A DNA stretch of 64,000 nucleotides, taken from assembly GCF_988242995.1 (NCBI RefSeq), contig NZ_OZ547043.1; one strand, 5' to 3'. Each line of letters starts with the position of its first letter. Position 1 is the first letter of the stretch. Positions 22,527 through 34,274 of the stretch are shown one piece after another. The notes under the pieces are model-generated. The model saw nothing but the letters and a program-made list of their open reading frames with translations, was not told the origin of the DNA and searched no databases. Position numbers and translations under genes: made by a program.

Positions 22527-24287
22527 TTATTTTGCCCAGAATGCTGCTTTGGCGCGCTGCAGCTTTTCGTAGGCCTTCAACAACGACTGATGTGCAGCAA
22601 ACGCGTGCAGATCGCTATCTACTGGTTGCAAGCCATAAAACGCCGCTTCGCCGCTCATTGCCGCACTGGCGGCTTCCACGGCATCTGCGCCGTACATGCG
22701 AACAAACGCATTCAGATATTGCAGCGGCTGGCGATCTTCTTCCTGCGCCAGTAATAACAACGTTTGCAGGCAGCGATAATAGTTGGCGCGTTCCGGACTA
22801 AATACTGATGAGTTAAACTCCATCGTCCATTCGGTCCAGACCAGAGCCTGTTCCAGATCGCCACCAGCCAGCGCCAGCATGGCTTTTAATTCTCCGATAC
22901 GCAGGGTGTACCAACCGTTATCCGACCCGGTCGCCAGACCCAACAGCTCACGCACGCGAGTAAAGTCATCAAAACCTTCTTCATCCAGTTGCTCGATAAG
23001 GTTCAGGTAATCTTCTTTTTCCCACTCGCTGCCTGGTAACGAAAGAATCGTTTCACGTAAATGGCTGCCCATACTGTTATTCGCTAACCACAAATCTTCA
23101 GCCGGATAAATATCGGACATGCCAGGCACGATAATTCGGCAAGCATAAACGCCCAGATGCTCGTAATCGGCAATATAAACTTCTTTATCTTCTTTGTTGA
23201 AGATAGCCATCAGCGTAGCAAACTCTTCTTCCGTAGTGCCGGAGAAATTCCAGTCCACAAACGGATAATCGGCATCCAGCTTGAACAGGTCCCAGGAGAT
23301 TAAACCGCTGGAATCGATAAAGTGCGTTTCGAGGTTGGTATGTTCAGCAACTTCTTCATCATCGAAGGTTGGCGGAGTAAACACATCCAAATCTTTCAGG
23401 CCACGACCTTGCAGCAGCTCGGTCACGGTACGTTCCAGTGCTACGCCAAAATCAGGATGCGCACCGAAAGAGGCAAAGCAGGTACCGTTAGCAGGATTGA
23501 ACAGTACCACGCAAATCACCGGATACTGGCCGCCAAGCGAACCATCATAAGCAAAGATTGGGAAACCTTCTGCTTCCAGTGTTTCGATCGCTTCAACCAC
23601 CGCTGGGTAACGCGCCAGCACGTCTGCCGGGATTTCCGGCAAGCTGATGCTTTCAGCAATAATGCGGTTTTTCACGTAGCGTTCGAAAACTTCGGACAAC
23701 CCCTGAACGCGTGCTTCGTTTCGGGTATTGCCAGCGGACATACCGTTAGAAACGTACAGGTTACCAATGATATTCATCGGAATATAAACGATCTGATTGT
23801 CGGACTGGCGCGTAAACGGCAGACCGCAAATACCACGATCTTCGTTACCGGATTGCAGGTCAATCAGCATACTGCCGGTCAGTTCATTCTCCGGATCGTA
23901 AAATGCGCGCAGACGGTCATCGAGCAGCCCTTCTGGCACATCGTCATTTTCGCTCAGTGGGAACCATTTTTCGTTGGGATAATGCACGAACGGACCGTTG
24001 GCGATGGTTTCGCCCAGCCAGAAATCAGCAAAAAAGTAGTTGGTTGAGAGACGCTCGAAATATTCACCGAGTGCAGAAGCCAGCGCCGCTTTTTTGGTTG
24101 CGCCTTTACCGTTGGTAAAACACAGTGCGCACTCTTTGTCGCGAATATGTACAGACCAGACGTTAGGCACCGGATTCAACCAGGAGGCCTCTTCAATCTG
24201 AAAGCCGAGGTCTGAAAGTTTTTGCTGGAAGCGAGCGATGGAATCTTCCAGTGCGGCATCTTTGCCGGGGATAAATGTTTGCGTCAT
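22527..24287 (-). CDS. ycaO: YcaO (ribosomal protein S12 methylthiotransferase accessory factor, YcaO-domain protein)
   Basis: MTQTFIPGKDAALEDSIARFQQKLSDLGFQIEEASWLNPV within ORF 22527..24320; start at the internal Met (586 aa). Confidence 0.9.
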   Translation of the reverse strand: MTQTFIPGKDAALEDSIARFQQKLSDLGFQIEEASWLNPVPNVWSVHIRDKECALCFTNGKGATKKAALASALGEYFERLSTNYFFADFWLGETIANGPFVHYPNEKWFPLSENDDVPEGLLDDRLRAFYDPENELTGSMLIDLQSGNEDRGICGLPFTRQSDNQIVYIPMNIIGNLYVSNGMSAGNTRNEARVQGLSEVFERYVKNRIIAESISLPEIPADVLARYPAVVEAIETLEAEGFPIFAYDGSLGGQYPVICVVLFNPANGTCFASFGAHPDFGVALERTVTELLQGRGLKDLDVFTPPTFDDEEVAEHTNLETHFIDSSGLISWDLFKLDADYPFVDWNFSGTTEEEFATLMAIFNKEDKEVYIADYEHLGVYACRIIVPGMSDIYPAEDLWLANNSMGSHLRETILSLPGSEWEKEDYLNLIEQLDEEGFDDFTRVRELLGLATGSDNGWYTLRIGELKAMLALAGGDLEQALVWTEWTMEFNSSVFSPERANYYRCLQTLLLLAQEEDRQPLQYLNAFVRMYGADAVEAASAAMSGEAAFYGLQPVDSDLHAFAAHQSLLKAYEKLQRAKAAFWAK

Positions 24288-24416
24288 GAAAATCACTTTA
24301 GTCGTACGGAAAGCGCGCAATAATACGGGTTTTATCTCAAAGGCGCTATCACCGCCGCCATGCCGATGAACTGTTGACTATGCTTTTAGTGGATAAACCA
24401 CGATAAGAGCATAAAA

Positions 24417-25109
24417 ATGAAGGCGTTTGATCTCCACCGTATGGCATTTGATAAAGTGCCTTTTGATTTCCTTGGCGAAGTGGCACTACGTAGTCTTTAT
24501 ACCTTTGTACTGGTTTTTTTGTTCCTCAAAATGACCGGAAGACGCGGTGTGCGGCAGATGTCGCTTTTTGAAGTGTTAATCATTCTGACGCTGGGATCAG
24601 CGGCGGGAGATGTGGCGTTTTATGATGATGTACCGATGGTCCCGGTACTTATCGTCTTTATTACTCTGGCGTTGTTATACCGCCTGGTAATGTGGTTGAT
24701 GGCGCACAGTGAAAAACTGGAAGATCTTCTGGAAGGCAAGCCGGTTGTCATTATTGAAGATGGCGAGCTGGCTTGGTCAAAACTCAATAACTCCAACATG
24801 ACGGAATTTGAGTTCTTTATGGAGCTACGATTGCGCGGTGTAGAGCAGTTGGGGCAGGTACGTCTGGCGATTCTCGAAACCAACGGGCAAATCAGTGTCT
24901 ATTTCTTTGAAGATGACAAGGTGAAACCGGGCTTACTTATTTTACCCAGTGACTGTACTCAGCGTTACAAAGTGGTACCCGAGTCGGCGGACTATGCCTG
25001 CATTCGTTGCAGTGAAATCATTCATATGAACGCGGGGGAAAAACAATTATGTCCGCGCTGTGCAAATCCAGAATGGACGAAGGCAAGTCGGGCAAAACGG
25101 GTGACGTGA
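24417..25109 (+). CDS. ycaP: DUF421-family inner-membrane protein YcaP
   Basis: ORF 24417..25109, 230 aa, N-terminal TM segments; matches YcaP. Confidence 0.85.
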   Translation: MKAFDLHRMAFDKVPFDFLGEVALRSLYTFVLVFLFLKMTGRRGVRQMSLFEVLIILTLGSAAGDVAFYDDVPMVPVLIVFITLALLYRLVMWLMAHSEKLEDLLEGKPVVIIEDGELAWSKLNNSNMTEFEFFMELRLRGVEQLGQVRLAILETNGQISVYFFEDDKVKPGLLILPSDCTQRYKVVPESADYACIRCSEIIHMNAGEKQLCPRCANPEWTKASRAKRVT

Positions 25110-25307
25110 CAGTAAAAACATCGGCTTTTTGCTAATAATCCGAGAGATTCTTTTGTGTGATGCAAGCCACATTTTTGCCCTCAACGGTTTTACTCATTGC
25201 GATGTGTGTCACTGAATGATAAAACCGATAGCCACAGGAATAATGTATTACCTGTGGTCGCAATCGATTGACCGCGGGTTAATAGCAACGCAACGTGGTG
25301 AGGGGAA

Positions 25308-26396
25308 ATGGCTCAAATCTTCAATTTTAGTTCTGGTCCGGCAATGCTACCGGCAGAGGTGCTTAAACAGGCTCAACAGGAACTGCGCGACTGGAACGGT
25401 CTTGGTACGTCGGTGATGGAAGTGAGTCACCGTGGCAAAGAGTTCATTCAGGTTGCAGAGGAAGCCGAGAAGGATTTTCGCGATCTTCTTAATGTCCCCT
25501 CCAACTACAAGGTATTGTTCTGCCATGGCGGCGGTCGCGGTCAGTTTGCTGCTGTTCCGCTGAATATTCTCGGTGATAAAACCACTGCAGATTATGTTGA
25601 TGCCGGTTACTGGGCGGCAAGTGCCATTAAAGAAGCGAAAAAATACTGCACGCCTAATGTCTTTGACGCCAAAGTGACTGTTGATGGTCTGCGCGCGGTT
25701 AAACCAATGCGTGAATGGCAACTCTCTGATAATGCTGCTTATATGCATTATTGCCCGAATGAAACTATCGACGGTATCGCCATCGACGAAACGCCAGACT
25801 TCGGCAAAGATGTGGTGGTCGCCGCCGACTTCTCTTCAACCATTCTTTCCCGTCCGATTGACGTCAGCCGTTATGGCGTGATTTACGCTGGCGCGCAGAA
25901 AAATATCGGCCCGGCAGGCCTGACAATCGTCATCGTTCGTGAAGATTTGCTGGGCAAAGCGAATATCGCGTGTCCGTCGATTCTGGATTATTCCATCCTC
26001 AACGATAACGGCTCCATGTTTAACACGCCGCCGACATTTGCCTGGTATCTGTCTGGTCTGGTCTTTAAATGGCTGAAAGCGAACGGCGGTGTAGCTGAAA
26101 TGGATAAAATCAATCAGCAAAAAGCAGAACTGCTGTATGGGGTGATTGATAACAGCGATTTCTACCGTAATGACGTGGCGAAAGCTAACCGTTCGCGGAT
26201 GAACGTGCCGTTCCAGTTGGCGGACAGTGCGCTTGACAAATTGTTCCTTGAAGAGTCTTTTGCTGCGGGCTTACATGCGCTGAAAGGTCACCGAGTGGTC
26301 GGCGGAATGCGTGCGTCTATTTATAACGCCATGCCGTTGGAAGGTGTTAAAGCACTGACAGACTTCATGGTTGAGTTCGAACGCCGTCACGGCTAA
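25308..26396 (+). CDS. serC: Phosphoserine aminotransferase SerC
   Basis: ORF 25308..26396, 362 aa, [46 protein letters not shown]. Confidence 0.96.
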
Positions 26397-26416
26397 TGTC
26401 GAAATTTTGCATAATC

Positions 26417-26445
26417 CCCACAGCCAGCCTGTGGGGTTTTTATTT
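26417..26445 (+). terminator. serC-aroA intergenic hairpin (attenuator/partial terminator)
   Basis: ccccacagccagcctgtggggtttttatttctgtt: 8-bp stem ccccacag/ctgtgggg followed by a T-run. Confidence 0.55.
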
Positions 26446-26466
26446 CTGTTGTAGAGAGTTGAGTTC

Positions 26467-27750
26467 ATGGAATCCCTAACGTTACAACCCATCGCTCGTG
26501 TCGATGGCACTATTAATCTGCCCGGTTCCAAGAGCGTTTCTAACCGCGCTTTATTGCTGGCGGCATTAGCACATGGCAAAACATTATTAACCAATCTGCT
26601 GGATAGCGATGACGTGCGCCATATGCTGAATGCATTAACAGCGTTAGGGGTAAGCTATACGCTTTCAGTTGATCGTACGCGTTGCGAAATTATCGGTAAC
26701 GGCGGTCCATTACACGCAGAAGGTGCCCTGGAGTTGTTCCTCGGAAACGCCGGAACGGCAATGCGCCCGCTGGCGGCAGCTCTTTGTCTGGGTAGCAATG
26801 ATATTGTGCTGACCGGTGAACCGCGTATGAAAGAGCGCCCGATTGGTCATCTGGTGGATGCGCTGCGCCTGGGCGGGGCGAAGATCACTTACCTGGAACA
26901 AGAACATTATCCGCCATTGCGTTTACAGGGCGGCTTTACTGGCGGCAACGTTGACGTTGATGGCTCTGTTTCCAGCCAGTTCCTCACCGCACTATTAATG
27001 ACTGCGCCTCTTGCGCCGGAAGATACGGTGATTCGTATTAAAGGCGATCTGGTTTCTAAACCTTATATCGACATCACACTCAATCTGATGAAGACGTTTG
27101 GTGTTGAAATTGAAAATCAGCACTATCAACAATTTGTCGTTAAAGGCGGGCAGTCTTATCAGTCTCCGGGTACTTATTTGGTCGAAGGCGATGCATCTTC
27201 CGCTTCTTACTTTCTGGCAGCAGCAGCAATCAAAGGCGGCACTGTAAAAGTGACCGGTATTGGACGCAACAGTATGCAGGGTGATATTCGCTTTGCTGAT
27301 GTGCTGGAAAAAATGGGCGCGACTATTTGCTGGGGCGACGATTATATTTCCTGCACGCGGGGTGAACTGAACGCTATTGATATGGATATGAACCATATTC
27401 CCGATGCGGCGATGACCATTGCCACGGCGGCGTTATTTGCAAAAGGCACCACCACGCTGCGCAATATCTATAACTGGCGTGTTAAAGAGACCGATCGCCT
27501 GTTTGCGATGGCAACAGAACTGCGTAAAGTTGGTGCGGAAGTAGAAGAGGGGCACGATTACATTCGTATCACTCCACCGGAAAAACTGAACTTTGCCGAG
27601 ATCGCGACATACAATGATCACCGGATGGCGATGTGTTTCTCGCTGGTGGCGTTGTCAGATACACCAGTGACGATTCTTGATCCCAAATGTACGGCCAAAA
27701 CATTTCCGGATTATTTCGAGCAGCTGGCGCGGATTAGCCAGGCAGCCTGA
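26467..27750 (+). CDS. aroA: EPSP synthase AroA
   Basis: ORF 26467..27750, 427 aa, [35 protein letters not shown]. Confidence 0.96.
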   Translation: MESLTLQPIARVDGTINLPGSKSVSNRALLLAALAHGKTLLTNLLDSDDVRHMLNALTALGVSYTLSVDRTRCEIIGNGGPLHAEGALELFLGNAGTAMRPLAAALCLGSNDIVLTGEPRMKERPIGHLVDALRLGGAKITYLEQEHYPPLRLQGGFTGGNVDVDGSVSSQFLTALLMTAPLAPEDTVIRIKGDLVSKPYIDITLNLMKTFGVEIENQHYQQFVVKGGQSYQSPGTYLVEGDASSASYFLAAAAIKGGTVKVTGIGRNSMQGDIRFADVLEKMGATICWGDDYISCTRGELNAIDMDMNHIPDAAMTIATAALFAKGTTTLRNIYNWRVKETDRLFAMATELRKVGAEVEEGHDYIRITPPEKLNFAEIATYNDHRMAMCFSLVALSDTPVTILDPKCTAKTFPDYFEQLARISQAA

Positions 27751-27791
27751 ATGAACAACGGGCAATAAATAGCCAAATCTTTCTTTATCAA

Positions 27792-27820
27792 AACGTCGGC
27801 ACATTGTCGGCGTTTTTTTT
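27792..27820 (+). terminator. Rho-independent terminator of aroA
   Basis: acgtcggcacattgtcggcgtttttttt: hairpin with G-U wobble pairs followed by T8. Confidence 0.55.
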
Positions 27821-27918
27821 CGGACCTTGTGAGTCATTTTGATTAATGGTAGCGTCGTTTGTCAATGTAAGTTATTGATACATAATATTTATATATGATT
27901 AATCAACGGATGATTCAC

Positions 27919-28683
27919 ATGAAGAATACTAAATTACTGCTGGCGATTGCGGCCTCTGCAGCATTACTGACAGGGTGTCAAAATACCCACGGTATTGATA
28001 CCAATATGGCTATCAGCTCAGGTTTAAATGCCTATAAAGCAGCAACGTTAAGCGATGCTGATGCAAAAGCGATTGCCAATCAGGGCTGTGCCGAAATGGA
28101 CAGCGGCAATCAAGTCGCAAGTAAATCCAGCAAGTACGGTAAACGTCTGGCAAAAATCGCCAAAGCATTGGGTAACAATATTAATGGCACGCCGGTCAAC
28201 TATAAGGTTTATATGACCAGCGACGTCAACGCATGGGCGATGGCGAACGGCTGTGTTCGTGTCTACAGTGGCCTGATGGACATGATGAACGACAACGAAA
28301 TTGAAGGCGTTCTGGGTCATGAACTGGGCCACGTCGCGTTGGGTCACTCGCTGGCTGAAATGAAAGCTTCTTATGCGATCGTGGCCGCACGTGATGCGAT
28401 TTCCGCTACCAGCGGTGTGGCTTCCCAGCTTTCTCGCTCACAATTAGGTGATATCGCAGAAGGCGCGATCAATGCTAAATACTCCCGCGATAAAGAGTCC
28501 GAAGCAGATGATTTCTCCTTTGATCTGTTGAAGAAACGTGGCATCAGCACCCAGGGGCTGGTTGGCAGCTTTGAAAAACTGGCCAGCCTGGATGGCGGTC
28601 GTACCCAGTCCATGTTTGACTCTCACCCACCATCAACAGAGCGTGCGCAACACATCCGTGATCGTATCGCCTCTGGTAAGTAA
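27919..28683 (+). CDS. ycaL: M48-family metalloprotease lipoprotein YcaL
   Basis: MKNTKLLLAIAASAALLTGCQ lipobox and HELGH zinc motif; start at the internal Met of ORF 27895..28683. Confidence 0.88.
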   Translation: MKNTKLLLAIAASAALLTGCQNTHGIDTNMAISSGLNAYKAATLSDADAKAIANQGCAEMDSGNQVASKSSKYGKRLAKIAKALGNNINGTPVNYKVYMTSDVNAWAMANGCVRVYSGLMDMMNDNEIEGVLGHELGHVALGHSLAEMKASYAIVAARDAISATSGVASQLSRSQLGDIAEGAINAKYSRDKESEADDFSFDLLKKRGISTQGLVGSFEKLASLDGGRTQSMFDSHPPSTERAQHIRDRIASGK

Positions 28684-28855
28684 ATCATTGTCATCTTTCG
28701 GGCTGGTCTTCTGCCAGCCCGCTATAATTGCGCAATAAATCCCCATCTGAATACAGACAAAACTGGTTTTTGCACACAACGTTAACGATTTGTGGCGTCG
28801 GCGCGTATAATGCGCGCGGTTATGTTAACGGTACGCCTGTTTTAAGGAGATAAAG

Positions 28856-29539
28856 ATGACGGCAATTGCCCCGGTTATTACCATTGATGGCCCAAGCGGT
28901 GCAGGGAAAGGCACCTTGTGTAAGGCTATGGCGGAAGCGTTGCAATGGCATCTGCTGGACTCGGGTGCAATTTATCGCGTACTGGCACTGGCGGCATTAC
29001 ATCACCATGTTGATGTTGCATCGGAAGATGCGCTGGTGCCGCTGGCATCCCATCTGGATGTACGTTTTGTGTCGACCAATGGCAATCTGGAAGTGATCCT
29101 CGAAGGGGAAGATGTCAGCGGCGAAATTCGTACTCAGGAAGTGGCGAATGCTGCTTCACAAGTCGCGGCATTCCCACGCGTTCGTGAAGCATTATTGCGT
29201 CGCCAACGCGCGTTTCGCGAATTACCAGGCTTGATTGCCGATGGCCGCGATATGGGAACGGTGGTATTCCCTGATGCGCCAGTGAAAATTTTCCTTGACG
29301 CCTCCTCGGAAGAACGTGCGCATCGCCGCATGCTACAGTTGCAGGAGAAGGGCTTTAGTGTTAACTTTGAGCGCCTTTTGGCCGAGATCAAAGAACGCGA
29401 CGACCGCGATCGTAACCGAGCGGTAGCGCCACTGGTTCCGGCAGCCGATGCTTTAGTGTTGGATTCCACCACCTTAAGCATTGAGCAAGTGATTGAAAAA
29501 GCGCTACAATACGCGCGCCAGAAATTGGCTCTCGCATAA
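28856..29539 (+). CDS. cmk: Cytidylate kinase Cmk
   Basis: ORF 28856..29539, 227 aa, P-loop [13 protein letters not shown]. Confidence 0.95.
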
Positions 29540-29649
29540 GCGACCGAATTTGCAGTACCCCCGTTGCAATGGAATGACAGCGGGTATGTTAAACAACCCC
29601 ATCCGGCATGGAGCCAGGTGGACGTTAAATATAAACCTGAAGATTAAAC

Positions 29650-31323
29650 ATGACTGAATCTTTTGCTCAACTCTTTGAAGAGTCCTTAAAAGAAATCGAA
29701 ACCCGCCCGGGTTCTATCGTTCGTGGCGTTGTTGTTGCTATCGACAAAGACGTAGTACTGGTTGACGCTGGTCTGAAATCTGAGTCCGCCATCCCGGCTG
29801 AGCAGTTCAAAAACGCCCAGGGCGAGCTGGAAATCCAGGTAGGTGACGAAGTTGACGTTGCTCTGGACGCAGTAGAAGACGGCTTCGGTGAAACTCTGCT
29901 GTCCCGTGAGAAAGCTAAACGTCACGAAGCCTGGATCACGCTGGAAAAAGCTTACGAAGATGCTGAAACTGTTACCGGTGTTATCAACGGCAAAGTTAAG
30001 GGCGGCTTCACTGTTGAGCTGAACGGTATTCGTGCGTTCCTGCCAGGTTCTCTGGTAGACGTTCGTCCGGTGCGTGACACTCTGCACCTGGAAGGCAAAG
30101 AGCTTGAATTCAAAGTAATCAAGCTGGATCAGAAGCGCAACAACGTTGTTGTTTCTCGTCGTGCCGTTATCGAATCCGAAAACAGCGCAGAGCGCGATCA
30201 GCTGCTGGAAAACCTGCAGGAAGGCATGGAAGTTAAAGGTATCGTTAAGAACCTCACTGACTACGGTGCATTCGTTGATCTGGGCGGCGTTGACGGCCTG
30301 CTGCACATCACTGACATGGCCTGGAAACGCGTTAAGCATCCGAGCGAAATCGTCAACGTTGGCGACGAAATCACTGTTAAAGTGCTGAAGTTCGACCGCG
30401 AACGTACCCGTGTATCCCTGGGCCTGAAACAGCTGGGCGAAGATCCGTGGGTAGCTATCGCTAAACGTTATCCGGAAGGTACCAAACTGACTGGTCGCGT
30501 GACCAACCTGACCGACTACGGCTGCTTCGTTGAAATCGAAGAAGGCGTTGAAGGCTTGGTACACGTTTCCGAAATGGATTGGACCAACAAAAACATCCAC
30601 CCGTCCAAAGTTGTTAACGTTGGCGATGTAGTGGAAGTTATGGTTCTGGATATCGACGAAGAACGTCGTCGTATCTCCCTGGGTCTGAAACAGTGCAAAG
30701 CTAACCCGTGGCAGCAGTTCGCGGAAACCCACAACAAGGGTGACCGTGTTGAAGGTAAAATCAAGTCTATCACTGACTTCGGTATCTTCATCGGCCTGGA
30801 CGGCGGCATCGACGGCCTGGTTCACCTGTCTGACATCTCCTGGAACGTTGCAGGCGAAGAAGCAGTTCGTGAATACAAAAAAGGCGACGAAATCGCTGCA
30901 GTTGTTCTGCAGGTTGACGCAGAACGTGAACGTATCTCCCTGGGCGTTAAACAGCTCGCAGAAGATCCGTTCAACAACTGGGTTGCTCTGAACAAGAAAG
31001 GCGCTATCGTAACCGGTAAAGTAACTGCAGTTGACGCTAAAGGCGCAACCGTAGAACTGGCTGACGGCGTTGAAGGTTACCTGCGTGCTTCTGAAGCATC
31101 CCGTGACCGCGTTGAAGACGCTACCCTGGTTCTGAGCGTTGGCGACGAAGTTGAAGCTAAATTCACCGGCGTTGATCGTAAAAACCGCGCAATCAGCCTG
31201 TCTGTTCGTGCGAAAGACGAAGCTGACGAGAAAGATGCAATCGCAACTGTTAACAAACAGGAAGATGCAAACTTCTCCAACAACGCAATGGCTGAAGCTT
31301 TCAAAGCAGCTAAAGGCGAGTAA
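29650..31323 (+). CDS. rpsA: 30S ribosomal protein S1
   Basis: ORF 29650..31323, 557 aa, [34 protein letters not shown] and repeated S1 domains. Confidence 0.97.
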
Positions 31324-31333
31324 TTCTCTGACT

Positions 31334-31362
31334 CTTCGGGATTTTTATTCCGAAGTTTGTTG
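31334..31362 (+). terminator. rpsA terminator hairpin
   Basis: cttcgggatttttattccgaag followed by tttgttg. Confidence 0.5.
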
Positions 31363-31482
31363 AGTTTACTTGACAGATTGCAGGTTTCGTCCTGTAATCA
31401 AGCACTAAGGGCGGCTACGGCCGCCCTTAATCAATGCAGCAACAGCAGCCGCTTAATTTGCCTTTAAGGAACCGGAGGAATC

Positions 31483-31767
31483 ATGACCAAGTCAGAATTG
31501 ATAGAAAGACTTGCCACCCAGCAATCGCACATTCCCGCCAAGACGGTTGAAGATGCAGTAAAAGAGATGCTGGAGCATATGGCCTCGACTCTTGCGCAGG
31601 GCGAGCGTATTGAAATCCGCGGTTTCGGCAGTTTCTCTTTGCACTACCGCGCACCACGTACCGGACGTAATCCGAAGACTGGCGATAAAGTAGAACTGGA
31701 AGGAAAATACGTTCCTCACTTTAAACCAGGTAAAGAACTGCGCGATCGCGCCAATATTTACGGTTAA
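31483..31767 (+). CDS. ihfB: Integration host factor beta subunit
   Basis: ORF 31483..31767, 94 aa, [51 protein letters not shown]. Confidence 0.96.
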
Positions 31768-31794
31768 GTTTTTACTCAAACTTGAACGCGAGAA

Positions 31795-31817
31795 AAGCAC
31801 CTGTCGGGTGCTTTTTT
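31795..31817 (+). terminator. Rho-independent terminator of ihfB
   Basis: aaaagcacctgtcgggtgctttttt: stem agcacc/ggtgct with a T-run. Confidence 0.6.
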
Positions 31818-31973
31818 CATTTCTCTAATCTGGAACTGGAAGCTGCCTCGCAGAGTTTTGAGCAGTTTTCACCCTCTCGTTAAATTCTTCTGAACGTGCC
31901 TCGGGGAACGCAAAATTCCCACCAGACAACCGCTCAACAAAGTTGCACACTTTCCATAAACAGGGAGGGGTGC

Positions 31974-34238
31974 ATGAAAATAACGACAGTCGGCGTATGC
32001 ATAATTTGCGGAATTTTTCCGTTGCTGGTTTTGCCACAATTGCCTGGGACATTACCCCTTGCGTCTCTGACCGTCTTCGCCTGCGTACTGGTATTTATCC
32101 CTTTTAAAACTGTCCGTTATATCGCGCTGACGTTGCTGTTTTTCGTTTGGGGCATATTAGCAGCAAAGCAAATTTTGTGGGCAGGAGAAACCTTAACTGG
32201 CGCGACGCAGGATGCAATTGTTGAGATCACTGCTACTGGCGGTATGACCACTCATTACGGTCAAATTACTCATCTACAAGGTCGACGTATATTCCCTGCG
32301 CCAGGCCTCGTGCTGTATGGCGAATATCTTCCGCAAGCGGTTTGTGCTGGACAACTGTGGTCAATGAAACTCAAAGTTCGTGCAGTTCATGGCCAATTTA
32401 ATGATGGCGGCTTTGATAGCCAGCGTTATGCCATTGCCCAGCATCAGCCGCTGACCGGCCGCTTTCTGCAGGCAAGTGTCATTGAACCGAATTGTAGCCT
32501 GCGTGCACAGTATCTGGCGTCATTACAAACAACGCTGCAACCCTATCCGTGGAATGCGGTTATTCTTGGTTTAGGTATGGGGGAACGGTTATCCGTTCCC
32601 AAAGAAATCAAAAATATCATGCGCGATACTGGAACGGCGCATTTAATGGCGATATCGGGATTGCATATCGCTTTTGCGGCGTTGCTGGCTGCCGGACTCA
32701 TTCGCAGTGGACAAATTTTTCTGCCTGGGCGCTGGATCCACTGGCAAATGCCATTAATTGGCGGAATCTGCTGTGCTGCTTTTTATGCCTGGCTGACGGG
32801 AATGCAACCTCCTGCATTTCGTACCGTGGTGGCGCTTGCTACGTGGGGAATGCTTAAGTTAAGTGGGCGACAGTGGAGTGGCTGGGATGTATGGATATGT
32901 TGTCTGGCGGCAATTTTGCTGATGGATCCTGTTGCCATTCTCTCGCAAAGTTTATGGCTCTCTGCCGCTGCGGTCGCGGCACTGATTTTTTGGTATCAGT
33001 GGTTTCCCTGTCCGGAGTGGCAACTGCCGCCGGTATTGCGCGCGGTTGTTTCCCTCATCCATCTGCAGCTGGGAATCACCCTCCTGCTTATGCCCGTGCA
33101 AATCGTCATATTTCATGGCATTAGTCTGACCTCGTTTATTGCGAATCTTTTTGCAATTCCCCTGGTGACATTTATCACGGTTCCGTTGATCCTCGCCGCG
33201 ATGGTTGCGCATTTAAGCGGGCCGTTAATTCTGGAGCAAGGGTTATGGTTTCTTGCCGACCGGTCTTTGGCTTTACTTTTCTGGGGGTTAAAGAGTTTGC
33301 CGGAAGGGTGGATCAACATTGCTGAACGTTGGCAATGGCTAACATTTTCCCCATGGTTCTTACTGGTGGTATGGCGATTAAACGCCTGGCGAACGTTGCC
33401 AGCAATGTGTGTGGCTGTAGGCTTGCTGATGTGCTGGCCGCTGTGGCAAAAACCTCGACCTGACGAGTGGCAAGTGTACATGCTTGATGTCGGGCAAGGG
33501 CTGGCAATGGTCATTGCGCGAAACGGCAAAGCGATTCTCTATGACACGGGGCTGGCCTGGCCCGAAGGGGATAGTGGGCAACAACTGATTATCCCCTGGC
33601 TCCACTGGCATAATCTTGAACCGGAAGGCGTTATTCTGAGTCATGAACATCTGGATCACCGGGGAGGGCTGGACTCAATATTGCATACATGGCCGATGTT
33701 ATGGATAAGAAGTCCGTTAAACTGGGAACATCATCAGCCCTGTGTGCGTGGCGAAGCGTGGCAATGGCAAGGATTGCGTTTCAGCGCGCACTGGCCTTTA
33801 CAAGGTAGCAACGATAAAGGAAATAACCATTCCTGTGTGGTTAAGATTGATGACGGGACGAATAGCATTCTTCTAACCGGTGATATTGAAGCCCCCGCTG
33901 AACAAAAGATGCTAAGCCGTTACTGGCAGCAAATGCAGGCAACATTACTTCAGGTACCTCACCATGGCAGTAATACCTCATCATCGTTGCCATTAATTCA
34001 GCGAGTGAATGGAAAAGTGGCACTCGCATCGGCATCGCGCTATAACGCATGGCGACTGCCCTCAAGCAAAGTTAAACATCGCTATCAACAACAGGGTTAT
34101 AAGTGGCTTGATACTCCTCATCAGGGGCAAATAACGGTCAATTTTTCAGCGCAAGGATGGCGGATTAGCAGCCTCAGGGAGCAAATTTTACCTCGTTGGT
34201 ATCATCAGTGGTTTGGCGTGCCAGTGGATAACGGGTAG
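31974..34238 (+). CDS. ycaI: ComEC-family inner-membrane protein YcaI (competence protein homologue with C-terminal metallo-beta-lactamase domain)
   Basis: ORF 31896..34238; start set at MKITTVGVCIICGIF (754 aa); polytopic membrane region plus HEHLDHRGG beta-lactamase-fold motif. Confidence 0.85.
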   Translation: MKITTVGVCIICGIFPLLVLPQLPGTLPLASLTVFACVLVFIPFKTVRYIALTLLFFVWGILAAKQILWAGETLTGATQDAIVEITATGGMTTHYGQITHLQGRRIFPAPGLVLYGEYLPQAVCAGQLWSMKLKVRAVHGQFNDGGFDSQRYAIAQHQPLTGRFLQASVIEPNCSLRAQYLASLQTTLQPYPWNAVILGLGMGERLSVPKEIKNIMRDTGTAHLMAISGLHIAFAALLAAGLIRSGQIFLPGRWIHWQMPLIGGICCAAFYAWLTGMQPPAFRTVVALATWGMLKLSGRQWSGWDVWICCLAAILLMDPVAILSQSLWLSAAAVAALIFWYQWFPCPEWQLPPVLRAVVSLIHLQLGITLLLMPVQIVIFHGISLTSFIANLFAIPLVTFITVPLILAAMVAHLSGPLILEQGLWFLADRSLALLFWGLKSLPEGWINIAERWQWLTFSPWFLLVVWRLNAWRTLPAMCVAVGLLMCWPLWQKPRPDEWQVYMLDVGQGLAMVIARNGKAILYDTGLAWPEGDSGQQLIIPWLHWHNLEPEGVILSHEHLDHRGGLDSILHTWPMLWIRSPLNWEHHQPCVRGEAWQWQGLRFSAHWPLQGSNDKGNNHSCVVKIDDGTNSILLTGDIEAPAEQKMLSRYWQQMQATLLQVPHHGSNTSSSLPLIQRVNGKVALASASRYNAWRLPSSKVKHRYQQQGYKWLDTPHQGQITVNFSAQGWRISSLREQILPRWYHQWFGVPVDNG

Positions 34239-34274
34239 AATATGCGGCTATTTCAACAAATGCTGGTTTTTTGA

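Noticed and set aside
29686-30825. 379-aa minus-strand ORF inside rpsA
   Set aside because: Antisense to ribosomal protein S1, no plausible start context or motifs; same artefact as for pflB. Similar antisense ORFs occur in ftsK (1779..2471, 2772..3515), dmsA (9589..10545), mukB (49092..49826), ompF (55072..55845) and pepN (60490..61308).
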